A DNA stretch of 64,000 nucleotides from an uncultured Gammaproteobacteria bacterium (GTDB lineage: Bacteria; Patescibacteriota; Patescibacteriia; Patescibacteriales; WJLG01). This document shows, piece by piece, positions 20,575-30,036 of this stretch. Position numbers and translations under genes: made by a program. The stretch spans positions 64,019 to 128,018 of the forward strand of contig CAYNAR010000001.1 in the NCBI GenBank assembly GCA_964395625.1, in the 5' to 3' direction. Positions within the stretch are counted from its first letter, which is position 1. Every line of letters starts with the position of its first letter. The notes beneath the pieces are model-generated. The model saw only the letters and a list, made by a program, of their open reading frames with translations, had not been told where the DNA came from and searched no databases.

Positions 20575-22629
20575 ATGAGTTTCAAACGCCACAAAGAAAG
20601 AAAGACCGGTGCCAATCGCATTGCCGTACTGACTGCGATTGTTTTTTTATTGGGGCCTATTTTGGGTGTTAAGATGTATTTTCTGCAAGTGGTCAAACAT
20701 GGTTATTATTTTGAGAAGGCTCAGGATCAACATGCCTGGGAAGGGGAGATAATTCCGGAAAGGGGAGAGATATTCTCTTCCGGTAGTGGTGACGAAATCT
20801 ATCCTTTCGCCTCCAATAAGGATTATTATTTGGTTTACGCCATTCCATCCGATATTTCTAATGGAGAAGAATCGCAAAAAATAGCAGATTCTTTGTTTAA
20901 AATTTTTGAAAAAAGCACTGCCGAAGCGGAAATCGACGAATATTTTAAGAAAAAAGACGAGGATGATTTGGCTTACGAATTATCGTTCGCCAAGGGTTTG
21001 TCGGATGATTTAAAGGGCGCCAAAGAAGCCGAGATAAGGAAACGTTTCAATTCTTTAAGGAATGATAAGACTTGGTTGAAGATTAGAGCTGAAGAGAGGA
21101 ATGAAGAGATGGATAAGAAAAGGAAGGAGAAGGAGGTTGATTATTTCGCTAAGCTCAATAAAGGGGATGACCCTTATGAACAGCTTAAGAAAAAAGTATC
21201 GGCTGAGGATCTTGTAGAGCTTTATTCTTTGCTTATGGACGGAATACCTACTTCGTCGATGGAAGTGAAGAATGGCGTCGTCGAAATGACTAATCAGGAT
21301 GGGACAGTGAAGACTGTTAAACCGAAAGGAATCTATCATAGCGTGGAAAAATATCGTTATTATCCGGAAAAGAATATCGGTTCACATCTTTTGGGATATA
21401 TCCGCCTCGAGAAAGAGACCCCGAAGGGATTTTACGGTTTGGAGGGGTTCTTTAATAATGATCTTTCCGGCAAGGTCGGTTATATGAAATCGGAGTTGGC
21501 CGCTCGTCGCAGTATTCAGATTTTAAGCGAACAAGAATATGACAAGGCGTCCAATGGCGTCGACCTAGTTCTGACCATTGATCGTTCCGTGGAGTTCTAT
21601 GCTTGTCAAAAACTCAAAGAGGCTGTAGAAAAGGAAGAGGCGGAAAGCGGTCAGGTGATAGCCATAGACCCTTCTACCGGTGCTATAATCGCCATGTGCT
21701 CTTGGCCTGATTTCGACCCTAATCAATATAATAAAGTCGAGGATATCGCGATATTCAACAATCCGGCCGTCTTTGAACAATATGAGCCTGGTTCGGTTTT
21801 TAAGGTGATAACGATGGCTTCGGCCTTGGATGCCGGCAAAGTGAATCCGGACACTATTTACAAGGACGAGGGGCAGGTTAAGAAGAAAGCTTGGGATCGT
21901 CCAGTCAGTAATTCCGATTTTGCTTCTGTTGGCGGGCATGGTTGGGTAGACATGGTGAAGGTTTTGGAGCTATCCTTGAATACCGGAGCCATATTCGTCA
22001 GAGAGAAGCTTGGGGATAAGGATTTTGTGAAGTATGTAAGAGATTTTGGTTTCGGTGAAAAGACTGGTATAGAATTGGAAGGAGAGAGTTCAGGAAATAT
22101 AGGGAACTTGATCAGTAAGAAGCCTCGAGAGATAGACTTGGACATGGCCTCTTTCGGTCAAGCTATTTCCGTGACTCCTTTGCAAATGGTTATGTCTTAC
22201 GGGGCTTTAGCCAATGGGGGATTGTTGATGAAGCCTTTTCTCGTTAAAAAGATAATCCATGATGACGGAAGTGTGGAAACTATCAGTCCGCGCGAGGTTC
22301 GTAGGGTTATTTCTGACAAAGCGGCCAATCTGGCTTTAGGGATGATGGTTAAAGTCGTAGAGGCCGGGCATGCTAAGAAGGCCAAGATCGACGGGTATTA
22401 TATCGGCGGTAAGACCGGTACGGCGCAAATTCCAGGCCTGGGAGGGTATAGTAGCGATACCATACACACCTTCATAGCGGTCGCTCCGATCGATAACCCT
22501 AAATTCGTCATGTTGACGAAGATCAATCGTCCGAAAAAATCGCAATTCGCCGAAGGCTCAGTTGTTCCACTGTGGCGAGAGATAGCCGATTTTATGATCA
22601 AATATTATCAGATACCAAAGAGTCGTTAA
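20575..22629 (+). CDS. ftsI: Class B penicillin-binding protein (FtsI/PBP2-type transpeptidase)
   Basis: N-terminal TM; SVFK (SXXK); KTGTA; dcw context. Confidence 0.88.
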   Translation: MSFKRHKERKTGANRIAVLTAIVFLLGPILGVKMYFLQVVKHGYYFEKAQDQHAWEGEIIPERGEIFSSGSGDEIYPFASNKDYYLVYAIPSDISNGEESQKIADSLFKIFEKSTAEAEIDEYFKKKDEDDLAYELSFAKGLSDDLKGAKEAEIRKRFNSLRNDKTWLKIRAEERNEEMDKKRKEKEVDYFAKLNKGDDPYEQLKKKVSAEDLVELYSLLMDGIPTSSMEVKNGVVEMTNQDGTVKTVKPKGIYHSVEKYRYYPEKNIGSHLLGYIRLEKETPKGFYGLEGFFNNDLSGKVGYMKSELAARRSIQILSEQEYDKASNGVDLVLTIDRSVEFYACQKLKEAVEKEEAESGQVIAIDPSTGAIIAMCSWPDFDPNQYNKVEDIAIFNNPAVFEQYEPGSVFKVITMASALDAGKVNPDTIYKDEGQVKKKAWDRPVSNSDFASVGGHGWVDMVKVLELSLNTGAIFVREKLGDKDFVKYVRDFGFGEKTGIELEGESSGNIGNLISKKPREIDLDMASFGQAISVTPLQMVMSYGALANGGLLMKPFLVKKIIHDDGSVETISPREVRRVISDKAANLALGMMVKVVEAGHAKKAKIDGYYIGGKTGTAQIPGLGGYSSDTIHTFIAVAPIDNPKFVMLTKINRPKKSQFAEGSVVPLWREIADFMIKYYQIPKSR

Positions 22630-22648
22630 ATAATTTTTCAATAATAAT

Positions 22649-23941
22649 ATGTTTAAGAAGATAGTCGCGGCTAATCTTAGATCACTGGCTAAAGCGATAT
22701 TAAAGAAATATCAACCGAAGATAATCGGCATAACCGGTTCCGTCGGTAAGACTAGCGCTAAAGACGCGGCCTATGCCGTCGTCGCTTCTAAATTCCCATC
22801 TAGGGCGAGTATAAAGAACTATAATAACGAATTAGGCCTCCCGCTTTCCATTATCGGCATGGAGAGTCCTGGTTCGTCCGCCTTGGGTTGGGCCATCGTC
22901 CTATTCAAGGCTTTTATAATCTCTTTAGGGCGCGATAAGGACTATCCGAAAGTCTTAGTCTTGGAAATGGGTGTCGACAAGGCCGGTGATATGGATTTTT
23001 TGAATAGTATAGTGTCTTGCGATATCGGTTTAGTCACTACCATCGGTGTTTCTCATTTGGAACAATTCGGCTCTGTCGATGGGATTCAAAAGGAGAAAGC
23101 CAAAATGATTGCCAACTTGAATAAGGGCGCTTGGGCCATCTTTAATTATGACGACGAGCGCGTCATGACTATGTCTAAATTCAGTAAGGTCAAGATAATG
23201 ACTTATGGTTTCTCGGACGGCGCTGATTTGCGCGCGGAGAATTTGATTTTTAAGTTTGAAGAAACCGGCGATGTGGCTAGCATGGCCGGTGTCTCCTTCA
23301 AATTATCTTATAAGGGTTCTATAGTGCCGGTTGTTTTACCGGATGTCATCGGTACGGCGGCTGTTTATGCCGCTTTGGCTGGCGCAGCCATCGGTATTTC
23401 AATGGGCATGAATTTGGTCGAGGTGGCTGCCGCTTTGGCTAATTTCAAATCTCCGAAAGGAAGGATGAAATTGATCGACGGAATCAAGGGCACTATGATC
23501 ATCGACGATACTTATAACGCCTCTCCACAGTCTTGTTTGGCAGCCATAGATTTTATCGGTCGAATAAATACCGGTAAAGATTTTTCCAAAGTCGCCGTCT
23601 TGGGCGATATGTTAGAGCTCGGATCGGTTAGCGACGAGGCTCACGAGCAAGTCGGTCGTAGTTTGGCCGAGAAGGGTTTCGACCTATTGATAACTTGCGG
23701 AGAGAGGTCTCGCGCCATCGGAGCCGGTGCCTTGAAGGGCGGAATGAAAGAGGAGCAGATATTCCATTTTCCAAATAACGGCGAAGCCGGTCGTTTCGCT
23801 CAAGAGAGAATCAGAAAAGGCGATTTGATATTGGTCAAGGGGTCTCAGGGGGCTCGCATGGAAAAGGTCGTCAAAGAGTTGATGGCTGACCCTCTACATG
23901 CCGAGGATCTTTTGGTGCGTCAGGGTAAGGAGTGGGAATAA
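22649..23941 (+). CDS. murF: UDP-MurNAc-tripeptide--D-Ala-D-Ala ligase
   Basis: GITGSVGKTSAKD P-loop; DDTYNASP; dcw context. Confidence 0.88.
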   Translation: MFKKIVAANLRSLAKAILKKYQPKIIGITGSVGKTSAKDAAYAVVASKFPSRASIKNYNNELGLPLSIIGMESPGSSALGWAIVLFKAFIISLGRDKDYPKVLVLEMGVDKAGDMDFLNSIVSCDIGLVTTIGVSHLEQFGSVDGIQKEKAKMIANLNKGAWAIFNYDDERVMTMSKFSKVKIMTYGFSDGADLRAENLIFKFEETGDVASMAGVSFKLSYKGSIVPVVLPDVIGTAAVYAALAGAAIGISMGMNLVEVAAALANFKSPKGRMKLIDGIKGTMIIDDTYNASPQSCLAAIDFIGRINTGKDFSKVAVLGDMLELGSVSDEAHEQVGRSLAEKGFDLLITCGERSRAIGAGALKGGMKEEQIFHFPNNGEAGRFAQERIRKGDLILVKGSQGARMEKVVKELMADPLHAEDLLVRQGKEWE

Positions 23942-24021
23942 GATAGCCCCCATCTCTTTAAAAGAGCTGTTATATTCGACGTTCTTGACGGTCTTGGTTT
24001 ATTGACCTATCTTATTTGAAT

Positions 24022-24747
24022 ATGAAAGGAATCATTCTTTCGGGCGGCAAAGGCACTCGCTTGCGCCCGCTTACCAAAATAACCTCTAAACAGCTGTTGC
24101 CGGTCTATGATAGGCCGATGATTTATTATCCCTTGAACACGTTGCTCAAGGCCGGCATCAAGGATGTTTTGATAATAGTCTCTCCTGAGTACGCCGATGA
24201 TTATCTGGCATTGCTCGGCTCGGGTCGTGAGTTTGGGGCCAGATTCACCTATGAGATACAGGACGAGCCACGCGGTTTGGCCGATGCTTTTATTTTGGGC
24301 GAGAATTTTATAAACAACGATAATATAGTGATGATATTAGGTGATAATATAATAGAGGATGATGTTTCCGAAGAGATAAAGAATTTTAAAGGAGGTGCCA
24401 AAGTGTTCGCCAAAGATGTCACTGACCCTGAAAGGTTTGGCGTGGTTCGTTTCAATGATGATGGCCGTCCGGTGGAAATAGTCGAGAAACCTAAAGAGAG
24501 AATAAGTAATAGCGCTTTAATAGGTCTGTATATCTACGACAATAGAGTGGTTGAGGTCGCTAAAAATGTCGTTCCAAGCGAAAGAGGTGAATTGGAGATA
24601 GTCGATTTGCATAATTGGTATTTGACTAAAGGAGAATTGGAGGTCGCCAAGATAAAAGGGGAATGGATAGACGCCGGCACTTTCGACAGTCTTTTATACG
24701 CTCAGAATTTCGCCAAAGAGAGAATGAAGGGCAAGATGGTCATATAG
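24022..24747 (+). CDS. Sugar-1-phosphate nucleotidyltransferase (glucose-1-P thymidylyltransferase-like, short form)
   Basis: MKGIILSGGKGTRLRPLT; GDNI; EKPK; ATG 24022 rather than TTG 24016. Confidence 0.85.
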   Translation: MKGIILSGGKGTRLRPLTKITSKQLLPVYDRPMIYYPLNTLLKAGIKDVLIIVSPEYADDYLALLGSGREFGARFTYEIQDEPRGLADAFILGENFINNDNIVMILGDNIIEDDVSEEIKNFKGGAKVFAKDVTDPERFGVVRFNDDGRPVEIVEKPKERISNSALIGLYIYDNRVVEVAKNVVPSERGELEIVDLHNWYLTKGELEVAKIKGEWIDAGTFDSLLYAQNFAKERMKGKMVI

Positions 24748-24769
24748 TCATTTTAAAGTCGTCATTCTT

Positions 24770-25729
24770 ATGGAAGAAGAACAATATAAAAAGATAGTGG
24801 TAGGTTTCATAGTGTTCAACGATAATACCGCCAAGTATTTGCCGGATTTCTTGTCGTCCCTCAAGAGTCAGACCATGCAAGATTTCGACGTCTATGTCTT
24901 TAATAACGGCGATGTGAATGGCGAGAACGTGAAGATGGTTAAAGAGTCTTTTCCGGCCGCCGAGATTTTTGGCGCAGGGGACAATCTCGGTTTTGCCAGA
25001 GGCTACAATCAACTCATTAGAAGAGCCAAAGATGCCGATGCCGATTATTTTTTCATCACCAATCCGGATATGGTTTACAAGGAGGACGCTTTAGAGAAGC
25101 TTGTGGATAGACTTGACGGCGACAATAATTTAGGCGCGGTCTGTCCGAAGTTGTTGCGTTGGGATTTCGAAAAGAAAGACAAGACGGATTTTATCGATAC
25201 GTGCGGTTTGAATTTTAGGGATGGTTTGAAATTCTACGATGTCGGGCAAGGAGAGAAAGACGATTTGAGTTGGCGCTATCCTTATATCGTCGCCCCTGGC
25301 GGAGCTTCCGGGCTTTGGCGTATGAGCGATTTGGAAAGGATTAAGGAGGATGGGGAGTATTTCGATGAAAGGATGTTTATGTATAAAGAGGATTGCGACA
25401 TGGCCTATAGATTTTATCTTTCCGACGGGGAAGTCTCGTTCGTCCCGGAGGCCGTGGGATGGCATGATCGTACGGCGGCCTTGGCCGGCAAGGGCGATTT
25501 GGCGGTCATTAAGGCCAGGCGAAGCAAGTCGGCCAACGTACGACGCTGGTCGGTGGTTAATCAGGAGATTATGTTCAGGAAATATTGGCATTTGCAGACG
25601 AATAAGTCCAAATTCGCTATAACGATATATCGTTTAAAGGTTTTAGCTTGGATTTTACTTATGGAAAGGTTTTTATTGAAAGATTATCTGGCCATTGGCA
25701 AGATAAAGAGATATATTAGGTCTTATTAG
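24770..25729 (+). CDS. GT2-family glycosyltransferase
   Basis: IVVGFIVFNDN..., NLGFARGYN, FITNPDM, MYKEDCDMAYR pattern. Confidence 0.65.
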   Translation: MEEEQYKKIVVGFIVFNDNTAKYLPDFLSSLKSQTMQDFDVYVFNNGDVNGENVKMVKESFPAAEIFGAGDNLGFARGYNQLIRRAKDADADYFFITNPDMVYKEDALEKLVDRLDGDNNLGAVCPKLLRWDFEKKDKTDFIDTCGLNFRDGLKFYDVGQGEKDDLSWRYPYIVAPGGASGLWRMSDLERIKEDGEYFDERMFMYKEDCDMAYRFYLSDGEVSFVPEAVGWHDRTAALAGKGDLAVIKARRSKSANVRRWSVVNQEIMFRKYWHLQTNKSKFAITIYRLKVLAWILLMERFLLKDYLAIGKIKRYIRSY

Positions 25730-25827
25730 CCTCCTCCTTGACTTTTTACGTTTTTTCCTCTAATATATAGGAAGCTTTGTTTTAAGGCTTATTTTTATTT
25801 ATAAAATATTTATAATATTGCAATAAT

Positions 25828-26136
25828 ATGGCTAAAATAGCTGTTATCAAGACTGGCGGCAAACAGTATAAAGTTGCTGAAGGCGATGTGTTGAAAATTG
25901 AAAAATTGGAAAAGAATGCCGGTGAAAAGGTTCAATTCGAGACTCTTTTGATCGCCGACGACAAAGCCATCGAAATCGGTGCCCCTACTTTGGGCGAGAA
26001 GGTCGAGGCTGAAGTCGTCAAAGAGGGCAGGGCCAAGAAGGTTTCTGTCGTCAAATTCAAGAACAAGGTCAGATATCGCCGTAATGTCGGACATCGTCAG
26101 CCTTTCTCTGAAGTCAAGATTATCTCTATCGCTTAA
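25828..26136 (+). CDS. rplU: 50S ribosomal protein L21
   Basis: AVIKTGGKQYKVAEGDVLKIEKL; KVSVVKFKNKVRYRRNVGHRQ. Confidence 0.95.
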   Translation: MAKIAVIKTGGKQYKVAEGDVLKIEKLEKNAGEKVQFETLLIADDKAIEIGAPTLGEKVEAEVVKEGRAKKVSVVKFKNKVRYRRNVGHRQPFSEVKIISIA

Positions 26137-26186
26137 GTTTCTCTATAAAAAATGCCCCCTTCCTTTTTTGGAAGAGGGTGTTTTTT

Positions 26187-26675
26187 TTATATTTCTTTAT
26201 TTTCCCAGCGATGCATACTAAGATGTTCTACCGAGACGGCGCAATTACTATTTCTATAATGGATTGAAATCCATTCTTTAAAAAGTTCGGCCATATAGAC
26301 CGAGCGTTGCCAGCCACCGATGCAACCGAAATATATTTTTAGCTCGTCTTTCGTTTCATTGTTAACAAAGCCACAAACCAGGATGGACACAAGAGAGATT
26401 AGTCCATGCCTTACTTTCTCGCTTTCTTTAGTGAGATAGTTTTTGACTTCCGGGTCAAGGCCGGATTTTTTTAGGGCTAATTTAGAGAAATAAGGATCCG
26501 GTAGGACAGATCGTAAACTTATTATGTGTTGCTCTATTTTTTTACCGGGGTATTGAGGATAGTCTTCTGGGAAATCATGCCCGAAAGAGTAAACGGTTAT
26601 TTTCCTTAACGGTTTTTTCAATTTCAAATCTCCTTGTTGGTAGTTTTGGAAAGAGTGCATTATAAAGGACAACAT
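26187..26675 (-). CDS. Stand-alone RapZ C-terminal-domain-like protein
   Basis: FGCIGGWQRSVYMAE resembles the RapZ GCTGGxHRSV motif; no P-loop N-domain. Confidence 0.4.
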   Translation of the reverse strand: MLSFIMHSFQNYQQGDLKLKKPLRKITVYSFGHDFPEDYPQYPGKKIEQHIISLRSVLPDPYFSKLALKKSGLDPEVKNYLTKESEKVRHGLISLVSILVCGFVNNETKDELKIYFGCIGGWQRSVYMAELFKEWISIHYRNSNCAVSVEHLSMHRWENKEI

Positions 26676-26906
26676 ATCATCTTATTATTTTTGCATATTT
26701 TTGTCAAAGAGCGAAAAAGGCCTTATTTATTTGATTTTTTGCTTGCTTATTGACTTTTGCGGTAAAATAAGCTATACTTACTTATGTGAGTCGTTAAACA
26801 TTTTCCCCCGGATTTCAATAGGAACGAGGGGAAAGAAAATAAGTTAGTTCGAAAATTTTAAAAAACGGTCGAGCTCATATTTAAAAAAGAAAACAAGTTT
26901 TGAAAA

Positions 26907-27209
26907 ATGGCTAAAAAATTATATATCGGCAACCTGTCCTACAGCACTACCGATGAAGGTTTGAAGTCTGCTTGCTCTCAGTTCGGCACCGTCGAGTCTG
27001 CTGTCGTCATCAACGACAAAATGACTGGTCGCTCCAAGGGTTTCGGCTTCGTGGAAATGTCCACTGAAGAAGAGGCTTCTAAGGTCGTTGAGGGTTTAAA
27101 CGGTCAGGAAGTCGATGGTAGAGCTGTCAGAGTCAGCGAGGCCCGTCCTATGGAAGATCGCCCTGCGAGGGGTGGCTTCGGTGGCGGCAATCGCGAGAGA
27201 CGCTGGTAA
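26907..27209 (+). CDS. RRM-type RNA-binding protein with Gly/Arg tail
   Basis: RNP2 LYIGNL and RNP1 KGFGFVEM; C-terminal RGGFGGGNRERR. Confidence 0.9.
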   Translation: MAKKLYIGNLSYSTTDEGLKSACSQFGTVESAVVINDKMTGRSKGFGFVEMSTEEEASKVVEGLNGQEVDGRAVRVSEARPMEDRPARGGFGGGNRERRW

Positions 27210-27346
27210 TTGCTTCATCAATTTCTACATAGAAAACAATCCCGTTAATTCGGGATTGTTTTTGTTTTGAGGGAAGTTTCTTTTTTGTGATGTCGCATTT
27301 AGTTTTTTGACTTTATTTTTTTTATAATTTATAATCTCTTATTATT

Positions 27347-27433
27347 GGTGGGGTGCATGAGTGGTTTAAATGGACAGTCTTGAAAACTGTTGACTCTGAA
27401 AGGGGTCCGTGGGTTCGAATCCCACCTCCACCG
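27347..27433 (+). tRNA. tRNA-Ser (anticodon UGA), type II with long variable arm, no encoded CCA
   Basis: Hand fold: acceptor GGTGGGG/CTCCACC; D stem CAT/ATG; anticodon stem ACAGT/ACTGT with loop CTTGAAA; T arm GTGGG-TTCGAAT-CCCAC. Confidence 0.85.
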
Positions 27434-27471
27434 CATTAAAATAAAAATAACGGCCTAAAGCCGTTGTTTTT
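27418..27471 (+). repeat. Direct repeat copy 1 (tRNA-Ser 3' end plus terminator)
   Basis: 54 bp identical to 27639-27692. Confidence 0.9.
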
Positions 27472-27475
27472 ATTT
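27449..27475 (+). terminator. Intrinsic terminator after tRNA-Ser
   Basis: AACGGC-CTAAA-GCCGTT plus a T-rich run. Confidence 0.75.
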
Positions 27476-27638
27476 TAAGTGATGCAAGGAAAGTGGGATT
27501 CGAACTGGTTGGAAACGAAACAAGACTCGTGAGGGAACGAGCGAGTCGTAGTTGAGTGATCGTCAAGTATTCGGGGAATACTTGACGCCAACCCTGGACA
27601 AGAGAGCGAGGAGCTATTTGGCGACGAGCGAACGCGAA

Positions 27639-27692
27639 AATCCCACCTCCACCGCATTAAAATAAAAATAACGGCCTAAAGCCGTTGTTTTT
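27639..27692 (+). repeat. Direct repeat copy 2 (orphan tRNA-Ser 3' end plus terminator)
   Basis: AATCCCACCTCCACCGCATTAAAATAAAAATAACGGCCTAAAGCCGTTGTTTTT repeated 221 bp downstream. Confidence 0.9.
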
Positions 27693-27784
27693 TATTTTTT
27701 AGCTTTAAATGGTATAATTTAAATAGTATTCGCCGTGTTTTAAAAGTTTGCTTTTTTTATCATTTTGTGTTATAATTTGTTATT

Positions 27785-29134
27785 ATGGCTAGAAATAGCA
27801 AAGATTATAAAAAATACATAGATTCTGACCGTGACGGTCTTACGGACTGGGAAGAGGAGAACGTCTATGGCACCGATCCTCATGATGAGGACACCGACGA
27901 CGACGGCATCGATGATGGCGACGAGGTTTTGCTTGGGCGCAATCCTAATGGCACAGGCTATCTTAAAGACCTTTTTATCCCGCATCGTGGCAATGGATAT
28001 AAGCCGAAGTCTCTACACCACAAGAGGGTGCTTTTTCATGCGATTAGCGCTATTTCTATAAAGATGATAGCCACGGCCTTCGTCTTCTCCTATCCTTTGA
28101 CCGCTTGGCTAACACCTGATTTGGCCGTCGAACAGAGCAAAAAGATAATCTCTTTGACCAATGGCGTTCGTGCTAGTCTTTCTTTGCCGGCTCTGACCGA
28201 GAGTTCAAAATTGAATCAAGCGGCTTTCGCCAAAGTTCAGGACATGTTCGTCGGTCAGTATTTTGCCCATGCTTCGCCAGAAGGGAAGGGTTTGAATTCT
28301 TTTTTGAAGAAAGCAGGTTACGATTATTCCGTAGCCGGTGAGAATTTGGCCATGGGTTTCTCCGGTCCTAATGAGATAGTCGAGGCTTGGAAAAAAAGCC
28401 CCACCCATTATTCCAATTTAGTGGATACTGATTTTAAAGAGATCGGTGTGGCCTTAGCCGATGATATATTCGAAGGTGCTAATACTACTTTGACCGCCCA
28501 ATATTTCGGCTCACCGAATGATGAGGTCAAGCCGGTTCCTGCCGCCAAAGTCGAGCCTAAACCGAAAGCGGATACTATTGTCAAAAAGTCTTCCAATGAC
28601 GTAGTTCTTGGTTCGGCCAGTTCTCAAAACGTTGTCCCGCAAGCCAAAATTGTTGTAGATACTCCTGAAAAGAAGAAGGAGGTCGTGATAAAAGTCGAAG
28701 CGGTTTTGCCTCCAGAAACGAAAGAGGCTTCGGCCTCGGTATTGAATCAGACCGTTCCGCTCGCCAAGACCTACGAAGGTCAATGGCAGGGGAGTAGCGT
28801 TGTTTCAGTGAAAGACCAAGAACCGGTCGTCGTTCCGGCCTCCGTTACGACAGTCGACGAGGGTGGAGAGGTGTCGACCGTGGATTTACCGGCTGAAAAT
28901 ATCTATCCGGTCAAGACTTCTCGTTTGAAGCAGTATTTCATTTTGCGTGACAATCCTAATAAGGTTATGGATAATATAATCAACATCAGTTCCGGTTATT
29001 TTTACTTCATTTTGATTTTGGCGATAATATCACTTGCCCTTAGTATCTTGATCCAGATAAGAAGGCAACATCCGCATATCATCGCTTCCGGCACCGGTTT
29101 AATTATTCTCTTGATTTTGTTGATAGTCTTGTAA
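27785..29134 (+). CDS. CAP/SCP (YkwD-like) domain protein with Asp-rich Ca-binding-type repeats and C-terminal TM anchor
   Basis: DSDRDGLTDWEEENVYGTDPHDEDTDDDGIDDGDE; GENLAMGF...VEAWKKSPTHYSNLVDTDFKEIGVA; hydrophobic C-terminus. Confidence 0.75.
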   Translation: MARNSKDYKKYIDSDRDGLTDWEEENVYGTDPHDEDTDDDGIDDGDEVLLGRNPNGTGYLKDLFIPHRGNGYKPKSLHHKRVLFHAISAISIKMIATAFVFSYPLTAWLTPDLAVEQSKKIISLTNGVRASLSLPALTESSKLNQAAFAKVQDMFVGQYFAHASPEGKGLNSFLKKAGYDYSVAGENLAMGFSGPNEIVEAWKKSPTHYSNLVDTDFKEIGVALADDIFEGANTTLTAQYFGSPNDEVKPVPAAKVEPKPKADTIVKKSSNDVVLGSASSQNVVPQAKIVVDTPEKKKEVVIKVEAVLPPETKEASASVLNQTVPLAKTYEGQWQGSSVVSVKDQEPVVVPASVTTVDEGGEVSTVDLPAENIYPVKTSRLKQYFILRDNPNKVMDNIINISSGYFYFILILAIISLALSILIQIRRQHPHIIASGTGLIILLILLIVL

Positions 29135-29276
29135 TCCAATAATAAATGGCTTATTTTGGTCAAACGATTGGTTTATCGTTTGACTTTTTTGTTATTTTGT
29201 GATATTGTTTGATTGTTCATTGAAAAAGATAAAATCATCAAAAAATAGTCATTCATCAACAACAAAAGGAGAGAGA

Positions 29277-29927
29277 ATGAGAAGTTTTAAAAAGTCCATG
29301 GAGCTTTACAGGGAATTAATGGCTCGCGCCGAAGGAAAGAATTTAGCTGGTGCGGCGCATATTGTTTTCGGCAAAAAGAGGAGGAGTCGGTATTATGAAG
29401 AAAAGATATATGAACTTGGCATCGAATTTAATCGCCAACTCGACATTCTATGCGGTCTTATGCCTGATAGCTGTTCCATTGAAAGAAGGAAGATGTTCAA
29501 GAATAAGGAGTTTAAAGTTATTGCTATGGCTATGTGTCTTGAGAATAAAAAAAGTTTCTTGCCCTTTATTCTTGCCGATGCCTCAATTTTTAAAGCGTTA
29601 ACCGCATTTTGTTTGAAGGACTATATCGAGAATTCTCCGAATGTGATCGGGGAGCAATATGTCATTTTCGATTATAGAGTCGAGAATAAAGCTATTGCCG
29701 ATTACGCGATGATTAAGGAAGGTAAAGAAAATATCCGGTCTCCTTTTTATCTGGCGGAAGAAATCCTTCTGAATAATTGCACAGATGCTTCCGCTGGCGA
29801 GGTTTTTAATGTTCGTTATGGCGTAAGAACCGATTTGAACGGTGGTATCGTCGTTAGTGATTTCGTTAGTGACGATAAAGCAAGACACGATGTCTTTACC
29901 GGAATAAGAGTCGCTTCCTTCGAATGA
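29277..29927 (+). CDS. Hypothetical cytoplasmic protein
   Basis: RBS AAGGAGAG before ATG 29277 (track start 29199 is GTG); terminator-like hairpin downstream. Confidence 0.55.
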   Translation: MRSFKKSMELYRELMARAEGKNLAGAAHIVFGKKRRSRYYEEKIYELGIEFNRQLDILCGLMPDSCSIERRKMFKNKEFKVIAMAMCLENKKSFLPFILADASIFKALTAFCLKDYIENSPNVIGEQYVIFDYRVENKAIADYAMIKEGKENIRSPFYLAEEILLNNCTDASAGEVFNVRYGVRTDLNGGIVVSDFVSDDKARHDVFTGIRVASFE

Positions 29928-30036
29928 TTTTCTTTAATTTCAACTTGCTTGGCATCGCCCGAGCAAGTTTTTTTTAATTTTGGTTGACAATGACGCCTTT
30001 TTTGACTAAAATACTCTAGTAATACCATTATATTTT

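Noticed and set aside
27476-27657. A second tRNA, a tmRNA, or a tRNA with an intron downstream of tRNA-Ser
   Set aside because: Only T-arm-like fragments and the duplicated 3' acceptor strand are present. No matching 5' acceptor strand, D-arm or anticodon arm could be folded on either strand.
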